NCBI GenBank assembly: GCA_026770705.1
Contig: JANJGN010000026.1
Location: forward strand, 32,302,001-32,366,000
From: Isurus oxyrinchus
Lineage: Eukaryota
Direction: 5' to 3'
Length of the DNA stretch: 64,000 nt
How positions within the stretch are numbered: the stretch's first letter is position 1; the number at the start of each line of letters is the position of its first letter. The translations under genes and the position numbers were made by a program. Below are positions 11,456 to 22,321 of the stretch, in pieces. Below the pieces are notes generated by a model. That model saw only the letters and a program-made list of their open reading frames with translations, ran no database searches and was not told the origin of the DNA.

Positions 11456-12158
11456 GTAAGAAACATACATTTATTTAGTAACTGCTTTCCTTGAATTTTT
11501 GTTTTATAATGTCTATTTTGATAATTAATTCCTTCAGTGAAACGTGAGTTTGGTGGATTCTGTATTGAGATTTTTTAATACAGACGAGATAATTCATTCA
11601 CACAGACACAAACGCCAGTCTATTGATGAAATCATTGTTCAAACGCACTTTTTAAAGGACATATCCACCAACAGTTGTCCCTATCACATGATGACCCGAC
11701 AAACACACTAAGCAATATTCTTACTGAGAAAGTAATTTAAGTTACAGACGTGCCAAACCTTCCCACAACAAATAAACAAATAAGATGGGAACTCACATCC
11801 GAGCTTTTAAACTCAACATTCACAGTTTCCAAATAAGTAGCTATGAACCTCTATCGAAATCCACCATAATAGTCTCTAATAATAGATCGTACAAAATTGT
11901 TCGAAAATGAACTGACACTAAAGAAAATTTCCCATACCTTCCGACATGGGCTGCTCACGGAATGTCAAGGAACGACTGCTGTGGTAATAGTTACAGAGAT
12001 AGGTTGCTAAATGTCACGAACTTAACAATAGACATACATTAAAAATTAAATTAGAGATTACATTAATAGCTTAAGAAAGAAAAGTGAATACAAAAGAGCA
12101 GTAAGAAATCCTGGATTAATAAACAATCTAATTTATTTCGGGCGCTATACCCACGTAG

Positions 12159-12286
12159 ATTGCACAGATCGCATCTGGATTGAAGGTTCTGACGATGATA
12201 ACGGCAACATCTGGACAACCGCTTCCACATTCATCATCCTGTTCTTCCTGAGCATGTGCTACAGCACTGCCGTTACTCTGGTGAAG
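12159..12286 (+). CDS. Ig heavy-chain transmembrane exon TM1 (IgM-like)
   Basis: AG|AT phase-1 start; [42 protein letters not shown]; donor AAG|GTAA; open frame with the conserved Ig TM motif [14 protein letters not shown]..YS.AVTL. Confidence 0.92.
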
Positions 12287-12424
12287 GTAAAAAGATTCAA
12301 TCTGCTCACACTTCAAACTGACAGAAGCGGTTTGAAAAGTCTGTCAATGTTACAATGATTAAAACCCTAACATAAATGTCCCAGATCCTAAACATCTGCT
12401 TCATTATTTTATCTCCTTTTACAG

Positions 12425-12433
12425 ATCGAATGA
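12425..12433 (+). CDS. Ig TM2 exon (I-E-stop) followed by 3' UTR
   Basis: Strong polypyrimidine acceptor ATCTCCTTTTACAG|ATC GAA TGA, 138 nt after TM1. Confidence 0.75.
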   Translation: ME

Positions 12434-12836
12434 TCGGTTGAATTTTGGACACTAGATTTTCGTCAGCTCTTTATTGAGATCTCTGCATTACGAATTTAAA
12501 ATATGTCCTCTTGGTGACTCTCTATGTAAAATACCTTCAGCTTTTGATTCCGAATTTGTGACTAAGGCAATCATGAGGGTATTTCTGATTTACTGTTTGA
12601 AATGTGAGAGATAATTATGACTGTACTGTAACGGTTGCTTATAATTTCCCTGTAGTTTCAATTATCTGTAACTTTCGTCATTCCTCATTCACAATTATTC
12701 CCTTCCCTTTATGTTGAGCCCCTGTTTTCTCTTCCTGGTGCCTGTTACAGTTGTACATACAGATGGCAGCTCAGAGCGACTGTGTTCCGTTCTCAAAGTG
12801 GCTCACAGTCGTTACATTCACTTCAGTTCACTTTAA

Positions 12837-12879
12837 AATAAAATTTGTCTGTAAAATGTTCTCTGAAATTGTCAATAAA
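12837..12879 (+). terminator. Candidate polyadenylation signals for the membrane Ig transcript
   Basis: AATAAA at 12837-12842 and 12874-12879. Confidence 0.55.
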
Positions 12880-13294
12880 TCTTGAATGTGAAACGAGCTA
12901 TGACTTTGCTGAACTCCTTTCTCCCAAACCGAGAGACGCTCCCAGACAGGAATTTTTCACCAGTCCTGTCTGGGATGTGTTTGAACCCAAGGCCCTTCGG
13001 AGAAAGAGTCACTGCGCCACCCAGCGGCCCATCCGTGTAAAGAGATCTTTATCTTAGCTTTTTTATGGCAAACTCCAGAGGCAGAATGATTACACAGCGA
13101 GGAGAACCTCGTGATTTCACTCAATCTCTGGCCTGTCACAGTCACATGTCAGGTAATTGTAAACAGAAGGGATCTGCTTCTTCGGAGGCCGATGCAGGAC
13201 AGTATATGGAGGAAGAAAGTTTCCGTTACACTGTCTCATCAAACAGCCCCAGGGTCGGTGCAACAGATGTTCGATACAGAGTAAAGCTTTTTTT

Positions 13295-13775
13295 TCTCGT
13301 TATTCTTTCATGGGATGGGGTGTCACTGGCAAGGCCAGCATTTGTTTCTCATACTAATTGCCCTTGAACTGTTTGGCTTTCTCGGCCATTTCAGAAGGCC
13401 ATTAAGAATCAACTACATTACTGTGAGTCCGGAGTAACATATAGGCCAAGCCGGGTAAAGGTGGCAGATTTTCTTCCCTAAGGAAATTAGTGGTGTAGAT
13501 GGATCTTAAATGACAATCGATGATAGTTGCCATAGTTACCATTTCCGAGTGCAGCTTTAAATTTCAGATTTTATTAATTGAATTCACATTCCAGCAGCTG
13601 CCATGTTGGGAATTGAACCCAAGTCCCCAAAGCATTATCTTGGGCTCTCTCTCCCTTGTCCAATTAAACACTCATAACGCAGAGACGTCACAATCCACCT
13701 TCCCGAGGGCAATTCGGGATGAGTAACAAATGCTGGTCCAGCCAGCCACGCCCACATCCCATGAATGAATAATTA
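13295..13775. mobile_element. SINE (minus strand) plus short tail fragment (plus strand)
   Basis: Reverse complement of the SINE at 62297-62650; GCCAGCCACGCCCACATCCCATGAATGAATAA tail. Confidence 0.7.
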
Positions 13776-14129
13776 AACGCATATATAACGCAGACAGAAC
13801 ACTTGACACAGACCATCATGATTCCTGGAGACTGGGGCCAATCTGACACAGGCACATCACCGAGCAATAATCCTGCAAATGATTATCAAAGTTTTGCGTT
13901 TATCAGGAACACCAGAGAGCACAAATCGTGGAAATTCCCAGGCACTGCGCCCTGCCTGACGCAACATGCAAGCATAATTCATGAGAATTGTTCCCAGAGA
14001 ATGGTATCCATCTGACACAGAGACTCCAGCCTCACAGTTTATGTAAGCACACAATCAGACACTTTCTGTCCCGTTCTGGAGATCCCAACACTCCGATTTC
14101 TGTTCTGCAGACGCTGACAGTCTGAACAT

Positions 14130-14400
14130 ACATCTGTACATACGAACTGGGAGCAGCCGCTGGCCCCTCTGGTTTGCTCCACCATTTAACAAGATCATGG
14201 CAAATCTGATTGTAATCTCAGCTCCGCATTTCCACCGAACCCCATAACCTTTGATCCTGTCTCAAAAATACTCAAACACTCTGCTTGCGCCGTTTTTGAC
14301 AGAGTTCCAAAGACTGATGACCGTCTCAGAGAAAATAAATCCTCATCTCTGTCGTGAATGGGGGGACCCCTTATTTTTAAACAGTGACTGCAGTTAACAG
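14130..14400 (-). mobile_element. CR1 3' end fragment
   Basis: Reverse CR1 tail (CATACGAACTGGGAGCAG..CCATTTAACAAGATCATGG) and HCLKIRG.. Confidence 0.7.
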
Positions 14401-14474
14401 TAAACTCTACTTCCACCTTTTCTGTTCTAGTCATCAACCCTGTTTCTCAGTCTCATATTTCGATTCTGAACTTT

Positions 14475-14720
14475 CTCCCTGATCAGCTCCACTTTCTTTG
14501 ATACCATCCTCTGGATCTCTCTGAAGATCATCCCAGGGATTCACTCTCCCTGCTCCATTCCCCCTGATACCATCCTCCTGAACTCACTGAACATCACCCC
14601 AAAGATCCTCTTTCCCTGCTCCATTCCCTCTGATACCACACCGCCCCCCCCCCTAACACCCCCCCCCCCCCCCCCCCCACCCCACGGCCTGCGAACTCAC
14701 TGAACATCACCCTGGGAAGT
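14475..14720 (+). repeat. ~66-bp tandem repeat (3 copies) interrupted by a poly-C tract
   Basis: CCCTGCTCCATTCCC..TGATACCATCCTC..GAACTCACTGAACATCACCC recurs; C-run at 14641-14683. Confidence 0.7.
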
Positions 14721-15867
14721 TCGCTCCACCTCCTCAGAGATTCCTTCAGACCCTCCCGGTCACGGGAATATCAGCAGAGATTTCTGTTCAGGCGCCAATA
14801 TCTTCTAACATTTTCCTTCTGATGCAGTGCCAGTTTTCCTTTAACACACCCTTTGTGAGGCAGCAGTCCAGAATAGATTTTAAATTTAAGTAGCAAGCAA
14901 GCAAGTTTACCGCAGCACCTACTCGACAGTGGAATTCCAAAGGCAATCCTCCACCTTTGGTTGCTGGACACAGCAGGCATCTGCTAAAGTGGATGGAGGC
15001 TTCCCCAGCGTTGTTTTAGACAGTCCTCTTGGGTTTTACATGGCCCACCAACATAGCCTTCCATTCCTCTTCATGTATGTTCCTCTATCTTCCATCATTC
15101 TATGTGCCTTTCAAAATTTACTTTTCCCATGATATAAAAATGTTTCATGTTGCAAATATGGCCAGTACCTTTAGGAAAATAAATACACTGCTTGGCCTTG
15201 CATACTGTACATACTAAGACCTCATCCATGTTTACTCAATAGCATTTAAAATACCTTTTTCCTCTAATTTCTTTTGATAATTTCAAACTTTCAGTCTATC
15301 TGACTCTAATTCAATTAAATTACACAGACAGAACCATCTATACACACACTCAGAAACCTACTTTACAATACACCACAATAATATAATGAAAAGATCTGTC
15401 AGTTTCACGAGACTACTGAACAGTCTGCTCTGTAAGTTTGGTCAACGATGGAGTCCTTGAGAGATGCCAGGTGGAATTCTGTCTGTGAAATATCAGCTCT
15501 AACTGAAAATATTGGTGATTATTGTTGGGTTGTCATTATGGCAGATTAATATGTTTTTATTGTGTTGATTTAATTGTTATTGTAACTGTTGCCCTTCTGT
15601 ACAGTTCGTGCTATATTGATTCCGAAATTATTCGACTCAGTTTTCTTACATTCCCAACTCAGAAATGCAATACATGTCCAGTTGCATAAAATAGATGGAC
15701 TTCACTTTAATTAGTCCACAGTTAGTAATGTTTGCTTGTTGATTTCATGAGAATGAAGCCTTGCCATCTCCCTAATCATCAGATGATGGCATCAGTCAAA
15801 ATTGGTTACAACCAATGACGATTACTATATTGTTATGGATGGTTAATTGGTATTTTGAATCAATTGA

Positions 15868-16265
15868 TTGTGTGCATCTGTCTGTCTGCACGTCTGTTCC
15901 TGTGTGTCTGGCTGTGTGTGTATCAATGTGTCTGTCTGTGTGTCAGTGTGTGCGCTTGTCTGTTTCTATGTGTGTGTCTGTCTGTGCGTGTGTGTCTGTG
16001 TGTCTGTGCCTTTGTGTTTGTGTGTGATCGTGTGTGTATGTACGTGTGTGTGCCTACCTCTGCCTTTGTGTGTGTGTTTGCCTGTGCATATTGTCTGTGT
16101 GCCTGTGTCTTTGTGTTTGTGGGGTCTGTGTGTGTGCATGTGTGTCTGTGTGTGTTTGTGTGTGTGTTTCTGTGTTTGTGTTTGTGTATGTGTTGGCCTG
16201 TCTGTTTTGTTTGTTTTTGTGTTTTGCATGTGTTTGTGCGTGTGGATGTGTTTGTGTATGTGTGG
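15868..16265 (+). repeat. Imperfect (TG)n microsatellite
   Basis: ~400 bp of GT-dinucleotide-rich sequence; source of the CV/HT-rich pseudo-ORFs. Confidence 0.95.
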
Positions 16266-16929
16266 ACCGAGATAGTCGGGGATTATAACAATTTGGATAT
16301 TTTAGCGAACCTTTTTATATCAGAAGACTGAACTCTTTAATTCAGGTAAGATACCAGTTATATAGTATCCACAAATGAAATGGAGCTTCATATGGTGTAA
16401 TGGTGTCCTCCAGTTCTATTAATACATTCAGAGAATGAATTTCTATTCGCTGCTTTGAATCGTAGATTTCTCAGGAATTTGGTGTACTACGCAGTTGAAT
16501 TATTTTTATTCTCGTTTTATTTGAAATTAATATTTATATGACTGTTTGTGTGGGAACTTACCGGATAACAGCAGGGCTGACAACGTTTGGGGAACATTTC
16601 CATCAGATCAAGGAACACAACCCGGAACTGTGTCAGCAATGGGAGGGTGAGGAAGAGACTTTGGCCGTTGTTGGGTGATGTCAAACCACCAACTTTTCTG
16701 CTAATGTCAGAACGCACTCACCATTTATGCCACAAAGATGGGGTACAGCAAAGGAATCAAGGGCTTTAGGGATCGGCCGGGAAATTGGTGTTGAGGCCCA
16801 GGATCCGCCGTGATCTTATGAAGTAACTGAGCAGGCTCGACGTGCCTTTTGGCAGGCTCCTGGTCGGATTTCTTATGTTCTCAATCACTGCTGATACCAG
16901 TCAAGACTATGACGTGCTTATAGCATTGT

Positions 16930-17012
16930 GGTAGTGTGGCCAAGTGGCCTAAGACACTGAGCTTCAGTTCCAGTCTCTATACGTGACATGATTTCGAATT
17001 CCGTCACTACCA
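16930..17012 (+). pseudogene. tRNA-Leu-like pseudogene
   Basis: GGTAGTGTGGCCAAGTGGCCTAAG..TCCAGTCTC..TTCGAATTCCGTCACTACCA aligns to vertebrate tRNA-Leu(AAG/TAG) bodies; stems mispaired. Confidence 0.75.
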
Positions 17013-17290
17013 GGTTATCATTTTGCGGACTTCATGCAAATCACTTCCGGCGGAGGGGAGGCTGCTAAAATTAATAACAGGAAAGTGAGCGGTGTTTCCG
17101 ATTAGTCGGAATTCAAATGAGAGGAAATGTGAATATAAATTACAGAGCGACTGGGAAAAGGCCAGCACAGTGAGACTAGTTGGGTTGCCCTTCCAGAAAG
17201 CCGACAGGAAAATGACGGGCCGAATGACCTCCTTCTCTTCTGTAACCATTCTGTGATTTTATATGACCCCTCTTGGCGAGCGCGCAGGTC

Positions 17291-17357
17291 TGCAGGTGAA
17301 AGCGGAGTGGTTAAGGTGATGGATTCTTCCAACCCAGGGTCCCATTCTGATGACTAC
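17291..17357 (+). pseudogene. Highly degenerate tRNA-Ser remnant
   Basis: GAGTGGTTAAGGTGATGGA.. and ..GACTACA match tRNA-Ser 5' and 3' ends. Confidence 0.45.
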
Positions 17358-18589
17358 ACTTCTCCAAATTCTTGATTTTATCTGTGTCTACAGATACAGG
17401 GCTAATTATCTGTTCAGTAGAATAAAAGACAGAGCCAAACACTTTGGCTTTTTCCTATTTCCGTTCATCTACAAGCATTTACGGAATTTACTGCCGGATT
17501 TGTGAAAACAAAACTGAGCAAATTGGGTGATGTCTTTGTTTTCTGAGTGTTTGTCCCTGGGCCTCTGTCACTCTCGGTTTCATATATATGTGTGTGTTCC
17601 TCTGTGTGTGTCAATGCGCTTCAGTTCCCCACTTTTACTAATCAAAACCTTATTTATATTAGTTGGGTAGCTTCATGTTAAAATCGGACAAAGAAAATAG
17701 AGCAGCTTTAAAACATGCAAGAAAGGAATTCCTGCTCTATTCGTTTTTGAGTGGATACTGCTCAGCGTCTAAGTGCCCGTGTGTTACAAATTGGGGAATA
17801 ATTGACATTCAGACTGAGCAACATTAAAACAGACAGAAACCGAGTCCTTGTTGTCGAGGAGTTAAGGCAATGGACACACCGAGAGAATGAATTTGGAAAG
17901 ACAAAAAGTCCAAACTGAAATCCCTCAAGCCTTCGGAACAGTGTCTACTCCGGTCATACCTCAGAAGGAACAGGAAAATAAAAGTTCAATCACAAATGTT
18001 ATAATCATCTGGAAAGGCTGAACAGCCTGAAGTTCTTTACTCTAGAAAATGGAAGGCTGAATGCTGGCCTTATATAAATGGAATACTTTGTCCCTGTTTT
18101 GTCAAGGATCCTGATCATACAAATCTGATCATACAAATCATGAAAAGTTTAGAAACATAGGATGAAATGTTTACATTGAGGTGTCGTTCTTAAGATCAAA
18201 TTTTGTCATTTGCTGGATCAGCATTTTTGTCGAACTGTCTCTCTGTGTCATTAAATTACAACACTGACTACACTTCAAAAGCATTCCATCGGCTGTACAG
18301 CACTTTCTGTTGTACTGAGTTTGTGAAAGGCTCTGTTTAAATGTAAGTCTTTTATTCTCTTCTTCTTTTCCATCTTTCAATCTAAGTTAGCGATCATATG
18401 GAATGGTGAAGTGTATCTGTTCCTTTCAGTGTCTAACCAACTCTCTGTCCCTATCTGTCTCTCTTTGTCTCCGTATAACTGCGTTCACCATCACAGTTTC
18501 TCTGTCTCTGTCTAGGTCTCCTTTCCTCTTTGCAAAGTGTGAACTTCTGAGGCAGTTTGAGAGTGTTCATGGTGAGAGTCTGTTTTCCC

Positions 18590-18900
18590 CCTGGTCGGAG
18601 CGCCTAGAACTGGGCTCAACTTCTGCGGATAATGTGACAGCCATTTAGGACTGAGATGAGGAGACATTTCTTCACTCAAAGGGTTATGAATCTTTGGAGT
18701 ACTGTAACCCAGATATCTACAGATCCTAAGTCGTTGAGTACATTGAAGGTTAAGATGGATAGATTTTTGGATTCTAAGGCAATAAAGGGATATCAGGATG
18801 GTGTAGAAAATTGGTTTTGAGGCTGGGGATCCGCTATGATCTAAACAAATGGCGGAGCATGTTCAAGGTGCCTGAAGGCCGCTTCCTGCTCTTTTCTTTA
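18590..18900 (+). mobile_element. CR1 3' fragment
   Basis: CCATTTAGGACTGAGATGAGGAGACATTTCTTCACTCAAAGGGTT.. through tail. Confidence 0.75.
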
Positions 18901-18950
18901 CTGTCTATATTTCAATGGAAATACCAGCTAAGGTAAAAAGCACCCACTAT

Positions 18951-19032
18951 GTTATTGTGGCCGAGCGGTCTAACATGCTGTGTCAAAATCTTTACTTCTA
19001 TTGAGGCCTTGGCTCGAATCCTACTGTTCTAA
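18951..19032 (+). pseudogene. tRNA-Leu-like pseudogene
   Basis: TGGCCGAGCGGTCTAA A-box, long variable arm, GGCTCGAATCCTACT B-box. Confidence 0.65.
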
Positions 19033-19280
19033 TAAGCTGTTATTTGCGCCATGTCACAAAATATTTAGACGGGGAAGCTTCAGTTGGAGTGAAGTGTGTG
19101 GTGTTTTATTTTGTTGGGAAGAATAAGGAGAGACAATACAAATATGAATTTCTGTGGGGGAAACGGAGCCTGTGTGGAATCAGTTGATTCACTTTTCCAG
19201 AGAGATGGCACGAATCCGACGGGGTGAAAGCCCTCCTGCTCTGCAGTAACCACCTATTATTTTATACAACTGATGCCAGC

Positions 19281-19362
19281 GTAGTTGTAGCCAAGTGGTT
19301 AAGGAGATGGATTCAAAATCCATTGGATTCTTCCCACGTAGGTTTGAATCCTGCCGACTACA
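19281..19362 (+). pseudogene. tRNA-Ser pseudogene (82 nt; anticodon loop now TTCAAAA)
   Basis: Colinear with vertebrate tRNA-Ser GTAGTCGTGGCCGAGTGGTTAAGGCGATGGA..AATCCATTGG..AGGTTCGAATCCTGCCGACTACG; many CpG>TpG/CpA changes including the B-box. Confidence 0.85.
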
Positions 19363-19429
19363 TTTCTTCATTATCCCTGATTTTAACTGGAATAAAGTAT
19401 TGGTAAATTGGAGAAAATAAACTCTGCCG

Positions 19430-19695
19430 CGTTTTCCTATATCTGTTCATCTGCCACATATCAAGGGGCGTGGACATCTCAGAAGGTTTTGTGGTTCTGG
19501 GAGACGAAAGCGAAAGAGAGGGGCAAGGACATGGAGGGATTTGGAAACAAGCAGAATTTTAAGCTAAAGATAATATTTGTCCAGGAGTCAGTGTAGGTCA
19601 GAAAGCACAGGGGTGATAGGGGAATGGGACTTGCTGCAAGTTCAGACACGGGCAGCAGAGTTTTGAATGACCTCAAGTTTACAAAGGGTAGAATG
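19430..19695 (-). mobile_element. L2 LINE fragment
   Basis: Matches the L2 3' region at 48850-49070. Confidence 0.65.
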
Positions 19696-20074
19696 TCCAT
19701 TCACATTCCAGAACTCACATCCTGGTGGATCAGCGCTGCCGTGTTTCCAAGGTCAATACTGACCCTTATCAGGTGTCATTCTCTGAACTATACACAGTGC
19801 TCCAGTAAAAGCAGCCCCATTCCCATCCATATTCTGCCTTGTATCAACATTGTTGTAGCCACTGCTTTGCATCCGATCACAGCCTTTCTCTTTTATTCTT
19901 TTACTTTCCAGCCCGACATCTACATTTGTTATTAACCTGTTGCACATGTGACATTTTCATTTCTGATGCGAAGCTTCAGTTTCAACTTCACTGATTCGGG
20001 CAGAGCTGTAACGCATTTTCTGTTTTCAGTCAGTATCTTAATCAAGTCCTTTTAATAAGAGAATTAAGCGGCTA

Positions 20075-20146
20075 GCTTCTGATCGGGATGCAAACCCAGG
20101 CCGCAGCGGTGAGATCGCCGAATCCTAACCACTGGATTACCAAGGA
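20075..20146 (-). pseudogene. tRNA-Glu(CTC) pseudogene
   Basis: Reverse complement TCCTTGGTAATCCAGTGGTTAGGATTCGGCGATCTCACCGCTGCGGCCTGGGTTTGCATCCCGATCAGAAGC vs canonical Glu-CTC; T-loop and acceptor stem mutated. Confidence 0.85.
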
Positions 20147-20934
20147 AGCTGCTCGCTGCCCTTGCATCTCGGGATATCGACGCAGCTTTTGCCATTTTCT
20201 TCATTCTGGACCATTTTCCCGAGGATGAAGTTTCTCCGACAAAATGTCATGTTGAGATAGGGCAGAAATTATTTCTTCAGCCAATGAAAACCAACGTTGC
20301 TATTGGCTGGAACATGAAATCGACAGTGTGATGAAATAGTCCCTAAGCTGTGAATTCCAAAATTCAATTTCTAAAACCCACCAACCTAAGCACCGCGGCT
20401 CCTGTGAAACTGACAAGGCAACGCACGGCTGATATTCATCACTAAAAGCAACTGACAGACATCAATTCTTCACTTCCACGTCACATTTTTTAACTCGTAT
20501 TCTCCATCGCAGACATTTCCAGTTCAAAAAGATACAAAAGGAATCTTCCCAATCTGCTTTTTCTCTCTGAACCTTTTTAATATGAAGTAGCAAAACTAAA
20601 GTGAATTTAGTTGTAAAGCGTGAAGTGAATGCGATGGTAAAAATTCGTTCACCTGCTTGTGGAACTGAGCCGCATTGATACATTCCGGATCCTAACCACT
20701 CACTGTGCAACATAAATCTGTACGCTTTGTTTCCTGTTGCCTCTCTTCTCTGACCAAAATGAATCACTTCACACTTCCTTACATTAAATTTCAGATGCCA
20801 CTTGTCCGTCCAAATGGATTTGTTTAAGAGCCCGAAAGGGAAACCGACTCAAACTGGAAATGGAAGCGTGAGAATAAAAGAAGAGAAGTGACGGGTTTTG
20901 TACATCCCGGAGTAAAGAGACGCCAGGATCAGAA

Positions 20935-21056
20935 TAAATCAAAATATTGCGGATGTTGCAAATCTGAAACAAAATCAGAAAATGCTGGAAAAACTCAGCC
21001 AATTTGTCAGCAGCTGTGGAGAAAGAAACAGAGTTAACGTTTCGAGTCCGTATGAA
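20935..21056 (-). mobile_element. Truncated copy of the Penelope-like short element
   Basis: ..AATGCTGGAAAAACTCAG..GAGTTAACGTTTCGAGTCCGTATGA. Confidence 0.65.
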
Positions 21057-21296
21057 GAAGAGTAATTGGGACTGATTGGAATGCGCTTGGCAAAAAGCTG
21101 CCATAAACACGATGGGCCGAATTGTCTCCTCACGTGCTGTACCATTTTATGGCGACATTGTTAAATCAGTCTGTCTCCAGCATTCCTAATGATAGCAGCT
21201 GAATTCCATTTCTTCAAAACAAAATCCCAATGTGCTGCTGCATGGCCGCGCAGGTTACCGTTTCAGTCAAGCCCATTGAAGATTCGGCAGTGCAGG

Positions 21297-21358
21297 GTTT
21301 CTCTAGCGTCGTGGCCCGAACACGCAAATAGTCTCCCGGTTCGAAACGCGGGAAAATG
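21297..21358 (+). pseudogene. tRNA-Val remnant with internal deletion
   Basis: GTTTCTCTAGCGTCGTGG..AACACGC..CCCGGTTCGAAAC. Confidence 0.55.
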
Positions 21359-21804
21359 TTACCGAAATCCGCTCGTTTAAGTGCACTTTCGTATTAGGAC
21401 GACGTGACAATTGGTCTTCTCGAAATGCTAAAGTACATCCCACAATAAAACAAAAGTGACATTTTATCGCACCCGATGCAGTAAATGTTGTAAAACACTT
21501 TCCACTATCACTCAACAGACATATTAATAGTTCGTTCAGTTAGCATAATAAATGAATTGCTGTAGGTTAACTCGTCGTCTCAAAGATGAATAACAGTAAT
21601 GTGTGCTCCTAAAGACAGACGAAAGCGATACTGTAATTGAAACAAAGGAAATAGCAGACACGCTACATCATCACTTTGTATCGGTCTTCAGCAAAGGAAG
21701 AGGAAAAACTGCCAGGGTGCGATAAAATGTCCGAGGAAACAGATGCTCAGTGCAGGCATGGTGAAATCCCTCCTTTCTTCTTCTGTCTGAACGGGATTTA
21801 GGCG

Positions 21805-22082
21805 TCAGAATGTAAAAGATGCCATGAACCTATTTGAAAGAAGAGCAGGGGGGTTCTCCTTCCTTCCTGGTCAATGTTTATCCCTCAATCAACGTCACAA
21901 AGACACATTATCCGCTCATTATGACGTTGCTATTTGTGGGAGTATGCTGAGCGGTGATTGGCTGCCGTCTTTCCGACATTACAACAATGACGATACTTCA
22001 CAATGTCCTTCATTGACTGGAAAGCGATTTGAAACGTCCGCTGGTCGGGAAAGGTGCTATATAAATGCAAGCCTATCTTTAT
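21805..22082 (+). mobile_element. DeuSINE (SacSINE1/AmnSINE1-related) with L2-type tail
   Basis: TTGCTATTTGTGGGA..TTGGCTGCCG..ACATTACAACA..AAAGGTGCTATATAAATGCAAG, the Deu-domain/tail signature; further relics at 18255-18365, 48430-48580 and 59720-59940. Confidence 0.75.
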
Positions 22083-22282
22083 TTAATTATCATAAACCCC
22101 AGTCCTCTGGTGACTGATCCTCGAGAGTGGGAACAGTTTCTCCCGAACTGCTCTATCAAACCGCCCGCCGCCGATCCCTTCCTCAGCCCAATAATTTTAA
22201 ACAGCACCATGAAAACTCAAAACAAAAACAGAATTACCTGGAAAAACTCAGCAGGTCTGGCAGCATCGGCGGAGAAGAAAAG

Positions 22283-22321
22283 AGTTGACGTTTCGAGTCC
22301 TCATGACCCTTCGACAGAACT
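22283..22321 (-). ncRNA. Minimal type-I hammerhead ribozyme-like motif within a Penelope-like element (22215-22325)
   Basis: Minus strand AGTT-CTGTCGA-A-GGGTC-ATGAG-GACTC-GAAAC-GTC-AACT: stem I AGTT/AACT, stem II GGGTC/GACTC, palindromic ACGT stem III, GUC triplet; A6 is replaced by U. Confidence 0.5.

Noticed and set aside
15815-16331. Several long Cys/Val- or His/Thr-rich ORFs
   Set aside because: Translation of a (TG)n microsatellite
16384-16405. tRNA-Gln-like 5' fragment (..ATGGTGTAATGGT), and similar stubs at ~17845 and ~20660
   Set aside because: Too short or degenerate to call; possibly older tRNA relics
16930-17012. Leu-body tRNA whose loop can be read as anticodon TCA (opal suppressor or Sec-like)
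   Set aside because: Anticodon and T stems are mispaired and the loop register is ambiguous; degenerate pseudogene
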